NCBI GenBank assembly: GCA_964605635.1
Contig: CAZSDL010000001.1
Coordinates: 3,944 to 67,943, forward strand
Source: an uncultured Woeseiaceae bacterium
GTDB taxonomy: Bacteria; Pseudomonadota; Gammaproteobacteria; Steroidobacterales; Woeseiaceae
Direction: 5' to 3'
DNA length: 64,000 bases
The first letter of the stretch is position 1. Every line of letters starts with the position of its first letter. The position numbers and the translations under genes are program-made. Shown here piece by piece: positions 8,691-17,693 of the stretch. Below the pieces are notes generated by a model. It saw nothing but the letters and a program-made list of their open reading frames with translations, did not search any database and was not told where the DNA came from.

Positions 8691-11036
8691 TCAGGGCATG
8701 AGCGCGCGAAATGTGGCCGTCTGTGCCGAACCCAGCATCACCGGTGCTTCGATGAAATTGCCTTGCACGAAGTCGACGCCGGCTTCGCGCAACCAGTCGA
8801 AATCTTCCTGGCGCTCGACCTGTTCTGCAACAACGCGGAACTCAAGTGCCCGCGCGAGCTTGATCATGGCGGCCACCATCTCCTGGTTAATCGGCTCCGA
8901 ATCCAGGTTGCGCGTGTAGTTGCCATCGATCTTCAGGTAATCGACCGGCAAGTGCTTCAGGCTTGAGAACGCGCCCAGCCCGTTGCCAAAATCGTCAAGA
9001 GCGAAGTCGCAACCGATGCCGTGCAACACCTCGATGAAACGCTGTGCATACTTCACGTTGGTCGAAATCGCCGCTTCGGTTACTTCGAAGCAAATGCGGG
9101 ATGGCGCTACGCCGCTATGGTCCAGGGCTTCAACGACGAAATCGAGAAATCCTTCGTCGCCAAGTGTCTGTCCGGATACATTGACGGCACAACTGCGTTT
9201 GCCGGGCAACCTGATCTCGCCGGCACTGATCGCTGCGAGGGTCGCCGTCAGCACCCACCGATCGATCTGCGGCATCAACTGGTAACGCTCGGCGGACCGC
9301 AGGAAATCCGCGGAATTGTCGGATCGTCCATGTGCATCGGGCAATCGTATGAGCACCTCGATCGACGGTCCCGTTTCTGCCGGGCTGTTCAGGGCGATAA
9401 TCGGCTGGACTGCCAGTTCGAAACGATTTTCATGCAAGGCGGTCTGTAGCTGGCGAAGCCACTGGATATCGCCTCGCTCCCGTGCGATGGCTTCGTCGCG
9501 TGCAGAATAAACATGTACCTGGCTACGGCCGCGTTGCTTCGCAACGTAACAGGCGGAATCTGCCGCGCTCATCAGGTCCTGGATTGAACTGCTTGCATGT
9601 CCGACCTCGACCAGGCCTATCGAGATACCGATGCTGAAAATCTTGTCCTGCCAGACGAAGCGATAATCGCTGATCGCGTTGCAGATATCTGCTGCGATCT
9701 GTCGCGCCTTGTCGATAGGGCAACCGATCAGCAGTATGCCGAACTCATCTCCGCCCAGGCGACCGACGAAATCCGAATCACGCACCTGATCCCGGATCAG
9801 CGTAGCAACTTCACGCAGCATATTGTCGCCCGCAAGGTGGCCACAACTGTCGTTGACTGCCTTGAAGCGATCGAGGTCCATGTAGGAGAGAATATGCACG
9901 CTACCGTCGGCATGTGCTGAATCGAGGGCCTCCTGCAAACGTCGCTCGAACTCGCGTCGGTTGATCAGGCCGGTCAGCGCATCGTGAGACGCCTGGTAGC
10001 TCATCTGGCGAGTCAGGCCGCGAATCTCGCTGACATCGTGAAATACTACAACCGTGCCGGAAATAGTGTCGCCCGGCCCGCGGATCGGGGAAGCTGTAAT
10101 TTCTACGGAATGCTCGTGTTCGCCATCGCGACTTACCAGCAGCGCTCTCCGGCCCATATTGACGCGTCGACGCATGGACAGACAACGCTCCACCGGGTCG
10201 CCAAGGGGCCGCCTATCGACCTCATCGATTAGCGAGAACAGCTCACCGATCCTGTGGCGAATGCCTTCCTCCCGATTGGCGCCGGTCATCGCTTCGGCGG
10301 CGCGATTCATGTAATCGATGCGGCCTTCGTTGTCTGTCGTAATAACCCCTTCTGCGATCGATTCAAGTGTGTACTGCGCCTGCTGTCTGCTGCGACTTAG
10401 CGAGACCTCCAGGCTCTTGCGATAACTCACGTCGCGGGCGATGGTCAGGATCGCGTTACTACCGCGAAATTCAATCGACGAACTTTGCGCTTCGACCCAC
10501 AAGCCCTGTTCGTTGCCGTTTATTAGCTGGATTTCGAGGCGCCGTGGCGCTGTCTTTCCGGCGAGGCGTTTTGCCGTGGTCTTGCGGAACAATGCCCGGT
10601 AGGCCGGCTTGACGAGATCGACGACATCCCTGCCTTCCAGTTGGTCCGGGGTCAGGCCCAGCAGAGCCGCCGCACTGTCGTTCGCAAGCAGTATACGTTC
10701 ATCATGCAGGAGCACGATCTCCGGGAGGGTGCGCGCAAAATCAGCGAACAGGCGGTCGCGGTCCTGGATTTCTTCGTCGCGCTCTCCCAGCGCATCGAAA
10801 AGCCTGTTGATGGTCCGGGCCAGTGCTGCGATTTCTCCGTTTTCGCCAACGGAGAGTCGCCGCCCCACGTACGCATCGCCAGCAGCGGCGACCAGCTCGA
10901 GATTCAGCCGGGCCAGGCGCTGCAGATTGCGACGACGCTGCAGCCACAGTGCAGCCAGCGCGGCAGCAGCGAGCAGCAAAAGCACTGCAAGGATGGCAAC
11001 GGTCAGAAGCGACGACATGCCAGCCTTGATGTGCAC
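8691..11036 (-). CDS. membrane-anchored PAS/GGDEF/EAL cyclic-di-GMP signalling protein
   Basis: N-terminal TM helix (LLTVAILAVLLLLAAAALAALW), PAS-like segments, a GGDEF motif (RLGGDEFGILL) and an EAL domain (IEVLIRLP..., DDFGNGLGAFSSLKHLPVDYLKIDG). Confidence 0.9.
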   Translation of the reverse strand: MHIKAGMSSLLTVAILAVLLLLAAAALAALWLQRRRNLQRLARLNLELVAAAGDAYVGRRLSVGENGEIAALARTINRLFDALGERDEEIQDRDRLFADFARTLPEIVLLHDERILLANDSAAALLGLTPDQLEGRDVVDLVKPAYRALFRKTTAKRLAGKTAPRRLEIQLINGNEQGLWVEAQSSSIEFRGSNAILTIARDVSYRKSLEVSLSRSRQQAQYTLESIAEGVITTDNEGRIDYMNRAAEAMTGANREEGIRHRIGELFSLIDEVDRRPLGDPVERCLSMRRRVNMGRRALLVSRDGEHEHSVEITASPIRGPGDTISGTVVVFHDVSEIRGLTRQMSYQASHDALTGLINRREFERRLQEALDSAHADGSVHILSYMDLDRFKAVNDSCGHLAGDNMLREVATLIRDQVRDSDFVGRLGGDEFGILLIGCPIDKARQIAADICNAISDYRFVWQDKIFSIGISIGLVEVGHASSSIQDLMSAADSACYVAKQRGRSQVHVYSARDEAIARERGDIQWLRQLQTALHENRFELAVQPIIALNSPAETGPSIEVLIRLPDAHGRSDNSADFLRSAERYQLMPQIDRWVLTATLAAISAGEIRLPGKRSCAVNVSGQTLGDEGFLDFVVEALDHSGVAPSRICFEVTEAAISTNVKYAQRFIEVLHGIGCDFALDDFGNGLGAFSSLKHLPVDYLKIDGNYTRNLDSEPINQEMVAAMIKLARALEFRVVAEQVERQEDFDWLREAGVDFVQGNFIEAPVMLGSAQTATFRALMP

Positions 11037-11373
11037 CCTGCCCTGTGCATGCTCGCGATCGACTGCGATCGATCATTCAGATGATTACGGCGCAAGTCTC
11101 GTTTGTCCCTTTCCGGCCATCTTGCAAATGATGCCGTGAAACGATCATTTGTTATTATTGGTCGCTCCTGGTGATTCTCCGTAAGAGGAGATTCGAGGTG
11201 ATTCAGAGCGTTATGACTGTCCACTGCTAAGCATATCCCAGCGAAACCTGCGCACCGCAACGATTCACCATAATTCGCAATCCGTCCGCTGACGTCGCGT
11301 TGCCCGGCGTCGTGATGGCTGCTGGTTGCGATTGAAATATAATAACTTTCAACAATTTACAGGCTCAGACTTA

Positions 11374-12024
11374 ATGAACATGGATTACGCTCGTCGTCAG
11401 ATGGTGGAACAGCAGGTGCGCACCTGGGACGTCTTCGACAGCGCCGTTCTGGACGTGCTTTTGGAACTGCCGCGGGAGGAGTTCGTGCCTGCCGGATTCG
11501 AGGAACTGGCATTTGCAGAGACCTCGATTCCGCTGCCGCACGGCCAGTTCATGTTGCCGCCGACAGTGGAAGGCCGATTGTTGCAGGCGCTCGAACTCCG
11601 CTCGTCGGATTCGGTACTCGAAATCGGCACCGGATCGGGCTTTTTGACTGCCTGCCTCGGCCGCCTTGCAGCAGCGGTCACGAGCGTCGAACTATTTGCC
11701 GATTTCATTGACGCGGCCGGCCCGCGGCTCAAGGCCGTGGGGATCGATAACGTGACCCTGGTAAACCTGGATGCCATGCGCGAGCTACCGAGCGGTCCGT
11801 TCGATGTCATCGCCGTCGGAGGTTCGCTGCCTGTATTCGACAACCGGCTGTTCGATTTGCTCAATCCGGGTGGACGGATGTTCGTCATTGTGGGCTCGTC
11901 GCCGCTCATGGAAGCACAGCTTGTCGTGCGCGATGCGGAAAACAAACTACGCGTCACAAGCCTTTTCGAGACCGATGTCCCTGCACTCTGCAATGCGCCT
12001 GTGCCTTCCGCATTTGTTTTTTGA
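11374..12024 (+). CDS. protein-L-isoaspartate O-methyltransferase family protein
   Basis: MNMDYARRQMVEQQVRTWDV... with SAM motif VLEIGTGSGFLTA. The start is moved to ATG 11374, because the track ORF begins at a TTG at 11326. Confidence 0.8.
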   Translation: MNMDYARRQMVEQQVRTWDVFDSAVLDVLLELPREEFVPAGFEELAFAETSIPLPHGQFMLPPTVEGRLLQALELRSSDSVLEIGTGSGFLTACLGRLAAAVTSVELFADFIDAAGPRLKAVGIDNVTLVNLDAMRELPSGPFDVIAVGGSLPVFDNRLFDLLNPGGRMFVIVGSSPLMEAQLVVRDAENKLRVTSLFETDVPALCNAPVPSAFVF

Positions 12025-12158
12025 ATGGTTGCAATGCTGGCGAAACCGCACGTGCTTTTGCTGCATCTAATAAAATACTGCGGCAGTGCGCAGCATGAAC
12101 GCTGGGGGCCAGCTTGTGCAGTCGATCGCAGCAATAACGCTGCTGTCCGGGAGGGTCA

Positions 12159-12479
12159 ATGTTCGATAATCTGACACCGGCCGAGTACATCGCACGGCAG
12201 GACGCCGGCGAACTTTGGCAGTTGCTGGACGTCCGAGAATCCTGGGAGAGAGAAATCGCGAAAATTGACCCGAGCCTGTTTATTCCTATGGCTGAAATCC
12301 CGGCCCGCCACAAGGAACTGGACGCCACACGACCGGTTGCAGTGCTTTGTCACTCGGGTGGCCGCAGCGCACGCGTCGCCAGCTTCCTGGTGCAGCAGGG
12401 CTTTGCCAGGGTAGCCAACATCGAGGGCGGTATCGACGCATGGTCCGTGCACTGTGACCGGGCGCTACCCCGCTACTGA
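12159..12479 (+). CDS. single-domain rhodanese sulfurtransferase
   Basis: 106 aa with active-site loop CHSGGRS and IEGGIDAW. Confidence 0.85.
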   Translation: MFDNLTPAEYIARQDAGELWQLLDVRESWEREIAKIDPSLFIPMAEIPARHKELDATRPVAVLCHSGGRSARVASFLVQQGFARVANIEGGIDAWSVHCDRALPRY

Positions 12480-12575
12480 GTTCGGGCGGCCGCCACACGA
12501 GACTTGACTGAGTTAGTGATATAGATGACCATAACACCTATCGGTATCGCCCACCCTTCAGCGGACCTTAATAAC

Positions 12576-14012
12576 ATGAAAAGTAAGAAGATAATGACGG
12601 TACTGGCAATTCTGGGCGTCGCCATGGGCGTGTCACCGGCTGCGCTCGGCGCTTCGCTGCTCGAGGTCTACCAGCGGGCGCTGCAAAGCGACCCGCTCGT
12701 GCACGAAGCCGAATCGCGTCGACTGGCGGCGCAGGAAGCGCTGCCGCAGGCGCGCGGTTTCCTGTTGCCGCAGGTGAGTGCCAGTGGCGCCTGGGTGACC
12801 AGCAACGTGGCCGGCACAAGCGTCGAAGCCGACACCACCGGTAATTTTGCGCCGGTCAATTTCGAAGCCGAAGGCGAAGAAACAAGCTGGAACGTGGGTT
12901 TGCGCCAGTCAATATTTCGCTGGGACCAGGTTGTAAACATGAAACAGGCGAGCAAGATCGTGGCACGAGCGGACGTGGTCTACGAAGCCGCCCAACAGGA
13001 CCTGATGGTGCGCGTCGTGCAGCGCTATTTCGAAGTGCTGGCCTCGGAAGACCGGCTGGCATCGATCCGCGCAGACCGCGAAGCCATCGCCCGGCAACTG
13101 GAGCAAGCCAAGCAGCGGTTCGAGGTCGGGCTCATTGCCATTACCGATGTACAGGAATCACAGGCGGCGTACGACCAGTCGGTAGCATCTGAAATCGCCG
13201 CTCAACGGGAACTCGCGACAGCCGAGGAACTGTTACGAGAGATTACCGGTGAGCATGTGCCCGATCTGGCGGCACCCGGTGAGGATTTCCCGTTGCCACC
13301 GCCGAACCCTGCCGACGAGAGCAGCTGGATCGAAATGGCGATGGACCAGAACCTCGATCTCCTCGCCAGCCGTCTCGACGAACAAATTGCCCGTGACGAA
13401 ATCGCGTACCGTCGCACCGGTCATTATCCGACCATTGACCTGGTCGCCGGACGCAACGGTGTCGAGACTGACAGTGATCGGAGCGTGAATAACAGCCCCT
13501 TCCTTACGGCAGACTCCCAGCGTGACGGGGATTCGATCGGCATCGAGGTGACCATACCGCTGTTTTCCGGCGGACGAACCTCATCGCAGGTGCGCGAAGC
13601 GGTTTATCTGCATCGCGCTTCTCGCGAGCAGTTGCAGCGCGTCGCTCGTGAAACCGAGCGTGCCACTCGCGATGCGTATCTTGGCGTTATCTCGGAGATC
13701 AGCCGCGTCAATGCGCTTGGACAGGCGGTCCGGTCGAGCAGAACGGCGCTGGAAGCGACGCAGGCCGGGTTTGAAGTCGGCACGCGTACGATTGTTGACG
13801 TATTGAACTCGCAACGAGCGCTTTACCAGGCCATCACTAATTACTATCAGGCTCGCTATGTCTATATCGGCAACGTACTGCGACTGAAACAGGCCGCCGG
13901 GTCATTACAGATTCAGGATCTCGAACAGATCGATCGCTGGTTGACGGAACGCGAACCAGCCGAGCGCACCCTCGACCTGCAAGAGGAATCGGAAGGAGAA
14001 TCTGAAGGTTAG
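12576..14012 (+). CDS. tolC: outer-membrane channel TolC
   Basis: Signal peptide MKSKKIMTVLAILGVAMGVSPAALGA followed by LLEVYQRALQSDP. The coiled-coil/OEP architecture is internally duplicated, and the C-terminal tail is acidic. Confidence 0.9.
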   Translation: MKSKKIMTVLAILGVAMGVSPAALGASLLEVYQRALQSDPLVHEAESRRLAAQEALPQARGFLLPQVSASGAWVTSNVAGTSVEADTTGNFAPVNFEAEGEETSWNVGLRQSIFRWDQVVNMKQASKIVARADVVYEAAQQDLMVRVVQRYFEVLASEDRLASIRADREAIARQLEQAKQRFEVGLIAITDVQESQAAYDQSVASEIAAQRELATAEELLREITGEHVPDLAAPGEDFPLPPPNPADESSWIEMAMDQNLDLLASRLDEQIARDEIAYRRTGHYPTIDLVAGRNGVETDSDRSVNNSPFLTADSQRDGDSIGIEVTIPLFSGGRTSSQVREAVYLHRASREQLQRVARETERATRDAYLGVISEISRVNALGQAVRSSRTALEATQAGFEVGTRTIVDVLNSQRALYQAITNYYQARYVYIGNVLRLKQAAGSLQIQDLEQIDRWLTEREPAERTLDLQEESEGESEG

Positions 14013-15334
14013 TCCCGCCGGGAGACCGGGGTGTCGGGCACCTCGCTGCCGCCGCGCTGCCCGTCGATTTGGACGATCAGCGGTTCCAGCACATGCATCA
14101 GGCGCTGCAGGGCACCGCGATTCTCTGCAACGATTTCCCGCCCCAGCCGGCCGAGGCGCCGCGCTTCAATGCCGTCGGCCAGCAGCGCGCTAATCGCCGC
14201 GCCGAGTTCACTGCCGCTTGCCACCCTCGTCAACGCGCCGATGCGCACAAACATTTCCGCGATATCCTGGGTGTTGAAAAGGTGTGGCCCGGTCACGACC
14301 GGCAGACCGAGTGCCGCCGGTTCGAGCAGATTGTGTCCACCGACCGGTACGAGCGTACCGCCAACGAACGCGACATCCGCTGCAGAGTAGAATAACGGCA
14401 CCTCCCCCATGGTATCGCCGAGAAACACGCTGTCAGCGGCGCCAGGGTTCGTGCCGGACGTACGGGACGCAAAGTTGACCTGCTGACGCTGCAGCAATTG
14501 ACGCACAGCCTCGAATCGCTCCGGATGCCGCGGCACGAGGACGAGCAATGTCTCTGGAATCGTTTTGCATATCAGACTGTGTGCTTCAAGGACCTGTTCT
14601 TCCTCGCGCTGGTGGGTACTGGCTGCGATCCAGACCGGCCGCCTGCCGAAAGTCCGTTCGCGCAGCACGCGGCCGCGCGCGACGAGATCCGGCGGAATCT
14701 CTACATCGAACTTGATATTACCGGTAACACGAGTTCGTTCCGGACGTGCGCCCAGTGCACGGAAGCGCTCTGCATCCGCTTCGCTTTGCGCGGCTATGAC
14801 GATACCGTGCGACAGTGTTTCGCGAAAAAGTGGCAACAGTTTGCGATAGTTGCGTACGGATTTCGGCGAAATACGCGCACTTACCAGCACCAGCGGAACG
14901 TTCCTGAAACCGCATTCATGATAAAGATTGGGCCAAATCTCCGTCTCCATGATCAGGGCGAGTTGCGGATTGGTGGCAGCGAAGAAATTTCGCACTGCCT
15001 GGGGCGTTTCGAACGGAATGTAGCAGTGCAGAACCGTGTCACCGAACACGCTCTCGACCCGCGCGGCACCGGTCGGAGTGACCGTCGTTAGCAAAATCTG
15101 ACGTTCTGGCAGTCGCCTTGCCAATGCGCGGACCAGCGGAATCGAAGCCTGTACCTCGCCAACCGAAACTGCATGAATCCATATGCTGCCCCCCGGGACA
15201 CGTGGGAAGCCGAATCCGAAACGCTGGCCGACTCGATCGAGGTAGGCCCGATTCACAATGCCGCGAAAGAGCCAGTAAAGCGCGTAAACCGGCAGCAGCA
15301 GGTAGGTCAGTATGGCGTAGAGGATTCGTATCAT
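14009..15334 (-). CDS. waaA: 3-deoxy-D-manno-octulosonic acid (Kdo) transferase
   Basis: N-terminal membrane anchor MIRILYAILTYLLLPVYALYW, the WIHAVSVGE motif and a GT30-like body. The 3' end overlaps tolC by 4 nt (convergent). Confidence 0.9.
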   Translation of the reverse strand: MIRILYAILTYLLLPVYALYWLFRGIVNRAYLDRVGQRFGFGFPRVPGGSIWIHAVSVGEVQASIPLVRALARRLPERQILLTTVTPTGAARVESVFGDTVLHCYIPFETPQAVRNFFAATNPQLALIMETEIWPNLYHECGFRNVPLVLVSARISPKSVRNYRKLLPLFRETLSHGIVIAAQSEADAERFRALGARPERTRVTGNIKFDVEIPPDLVARGRVLRERTFGRRPVWIAASTHQREEEQVLEAHSLICKTIPETLLVLVPRHPERFEAVRQLLQRQQVNFASRTSGTNPGAADSVFLGDTMGEVPLFYSAADVAFVGGTLVPVGGHNLLEPAALGLPVVTGPHLFNTQDIAEMFVRIGALTRVASGSELGAAISALLADGIEARRLGRLGREIVAENRGALQRLMHVLEPLIVQIDGQRGGSEVPDTPVSRRD

Positions 15335-15421
15335 TGGCGTCCGGGCAGGATCAATTGCTTGCCATCGCGCGCGCGTCCGGGCCCGCTCCGGACTCCGGCG
15401 GCTTGTCCGGCAACGGCCTGG

Positions 15422-16843
15422 CTAACCCGACAGCCGGTCGATGATCCGGCTGGTGGAATGCCCATGCCGGAACGCAAGAACCTTTACGTCACCGCCCCGC
15501 GCCAACACGTCCCGCGCACCGGCGATCTCGTTGGCCCGGTAATCGCCCCCTTTCACGAGGACGTCCGGCAACACAGCACTGACAAGTCGCGCCGGCGTGT
15601 CATCGGAGAACGGCACCACCCAATCCACTGCGGCCAGACCAGCCAGCACCGACATACGATCCCGCAAGGCGTTGACCGGCCTGGAGGGGCCCTTGAGCCG
15701 GCGTACTGACTCATCGTCATTGACTGCCACGACAAGTCGCTCGCCGAGTTTCCTCGCCTCTTCAAGGTAGGCGACGTGTCCCGCGTGCAGCACATCGAAG
15801 CAACCATTGGTCATCACAATTCTTTCCTGTCGCGCACGTGCCTCAGCAACCCGGTGCATTAATGCCGCTTCGCTCACCGCTCCGCGACCGCCTGGCTCAC
15901 CTTTGTGCAAGGCAACCTGCAACTCCGTTGGCGTCGCAGAAGCGACGCCGATCTTGCGGACGACGAGCCCTGCAGCCAGGTTGGCAAGCGCGGCGGCGTC
16001 CAGCAAGGTAGCGCCACTGGCAAGAGCAGCTGCCAGTGTCGCAACGACCGTATCGCCGGCGCCGGTCACGTCAAACACCTCGCGGGCCTGGGTCGTCAGA
16101 AAAACAGGTTGCTGGCGCGCCTGCACCAGGAGCATGCCCTTTTCGCTGCGTGTGACCAGCAACGCGTCGAGTTGCAGCGCCTCTATCATCCGGCCGGCTC
16201 GCTCAACAAGCATGTCATCGGTATCGCAGCGACCGGCGACCGCTTCGAATTCGGCCTGGTTGGGCGTAATCAGCGACGCGCCCCGATAGCGCTGGAAGTC
16301 CTGACCTTTCGGATCAATCAGTATCGGCAGGCCGGCGGCACGAGCGGCGGCGATGATCTCGGCAGTGCGGGTCAAGGTACCTTTGCCGTAATCCGATAAT
16401 ACGACAACGTTCATGCCCGCTAAGGCATCGCCCAACATGGCAAGAATCGATGCATCCTGCGTCTCGTCAAGGCTCTCCTCGCGATCGATGCGAATAAGCT
16501 GCTGGCCGCGACTCTGCACACGCGTCTTGGTAATGGTGGGCCAGGACGCCGAGCGGGCAAAACGGCAATCGATGCCGTGCTGTATCACCAGGCGTTCAAG
16601 AATCAGTGCTTCGGCGTCGTCCCCGACAATGCCCAGCAACACGGTATGCGCGCCGAGTGTTGCAAGATTGACTGCCACATTCGCAGCGCCGCCAGGCCTG
16701 TCTTCGCTGGTTCGGAGGTGCACGACGGGAACCGGTGCTTCCGGCGAGGTACGGCTCGTTGCGCCAAACAGGTAGCGATCGAGCATGACGTCGCCAGCAA
16801 CGACTACCCTGGCACGCGCAAAATCGGGAATGGAAAGCGTCAC
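15422..16843 (-). CDS. hldE: bifunctional D-beta-D-heptose 7-phosphate kinase / heptose 1-phosphate adenylyltransferase
   Basis: 473 aa. An N-terminal ribokinase-like domain (VVAGDVMLDRY, DVTGAGDTV) is joined to a C-terminal cytidylyltransferase domain (TNGCFDVLHAGHV). Confidence 0.95.
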   Translation of the reverse strand: MTLSIPDFARARVVVAGDVMLDRYLFGATSRTSPEAPVPVVHLRTSEDRPGGAANVAVNLATLGAHTVLLGIVGDDAEALILERLVIQHGIDCRFARSASWPTITKTRVQSRGQQLIRIDREESLDETQDASILAMLGDALAGMNVVVLSDYGKGTLTRTAEIIAAARAAGLPILIDPKGQDFQRYRGASLITPNQAEFEAVAGRCDTDDMLVERAGRMIEALQLDALLVTRSEKGMLLVQARQQPVFLTTQAREVFDVTGAGDTVVATLAAALASGATLLDAAALANLAAGLVVRKIGVASATPTELQVALHKGEPGGRGAVSEAALMHRVAEARARQERIVMTNGCFDVLHAGHVAYLEEARKLGERLVVAVNDDESVRRLKGPSRPVNALRDRMSVLAGLAAVDWVVPFSDDTPARLVSAVLPDVLVKGGDYRANEIAGARDVLARGGDVKVLAFRHGHSTSRIIDRLSG

Positions 16844-16934
16844 AGGCCGATACTACACCAGACGTCCCTTGCCGGGACTATGCGTTTCGCCGGCCGCTAA
16901 GCCGGCTTCAGACGCACTCGTTCATCCGCACTTG

Positions 16935-17651
16935 TTATCCGCACTTGGAGTCGCCGCAGCTGAGGCAGGTCATGCAGCCATCCATCATGATCGCCGCCGC
17001 CGTGCTGCACTTGGCGCACAGTTGCGCTCCTTCCGGATAGTCGCTCTTGGAAAAGGCATCTTTCTGGCGACTTCGCGATTCGAATTCAGCGCGTTTTTGC
17101 TCGATAAGGCTGATCTGCGCCTGGTCGAGCTGCGGCTGCGCCAGAAGGCCAATGGAGATCAGGTGCTTCTCGACGATATAGCCGAGCTCGGCAATAATTG
17201 ATGGCATGAACCGGCCGCCCGGTTTCCAGTAGCCGCCCCGCGGATCGAAAACCGCCTTCAACTCGTCGACGAGAAAGGTAACGTCGCCGCCCTTGCGGAA
17301 TACTGCCGAGATAATGCGCGTCAGGGCCACTATCCATTGATAGTGATCGAGATTCTTCGAATTGATAAAGATCTCGAACGGCCGTCTTTTCTCATGCTCC
17401 GTTCCTTCATTGAGAACGATATCGTTGATCGTTACGTACATGGCGTGGTCGGAGATCGGCGTCTTGACCTTGTACGTCGAGCCTATGAGCATCTCGGGGC
17501 GTTCGAGTTTTTCGTGCATGCGAATGACTTCCGCCCGGCCGCCCGCGCCACCTTCGCGCGGGTAATCAGGCTTCCGTTCTTCCGCTTCCTTGGCGGGAGG
17601 TGTCTTCACCCCGCAACCAACGATTTTCCTGTCAATCTTAAGTTTGCTCAT
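16935..17651 (-). CDS. nrdJb: class II (B12-dependent) ribonucleotide reductase, C-terminal subunit piece
   Basis: 238 aa. Contains PFEIFINSKNLDHYQWIVALTRIISAVFRKGG and a Cys-rich tail CAKCS...CMTCLSCGDSKCG. It starts 42 nt after the nrdJa stop. Confidence 0.85.
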   Translation of the reverse strand: MSKLKIDRKIVGCGVKTPPAKEAEERKPDYPREGGAGGRAEVIRMHEKLERPEMLIGSTYKVKTPISDHAMYVTINDIVLNEGTEHEKRRPFEIFINSKNLDHYQWIVALTRIISAVFRKGGDVTFLVDELKAVFDPRGGYWKPGGRFMPSIIAELGYIVEKHLISIGLLAQPQLDQAQISLIEQKRAEFESRSRQKDAFSKSDYPEGAQLCAKCSTAAAIMMDGCMTCLSCGDSKCG

Positions 17652-17693
17652 AGCTGATCACTCTGTGCTTGTTACTCTGTATCGAATGGTTGT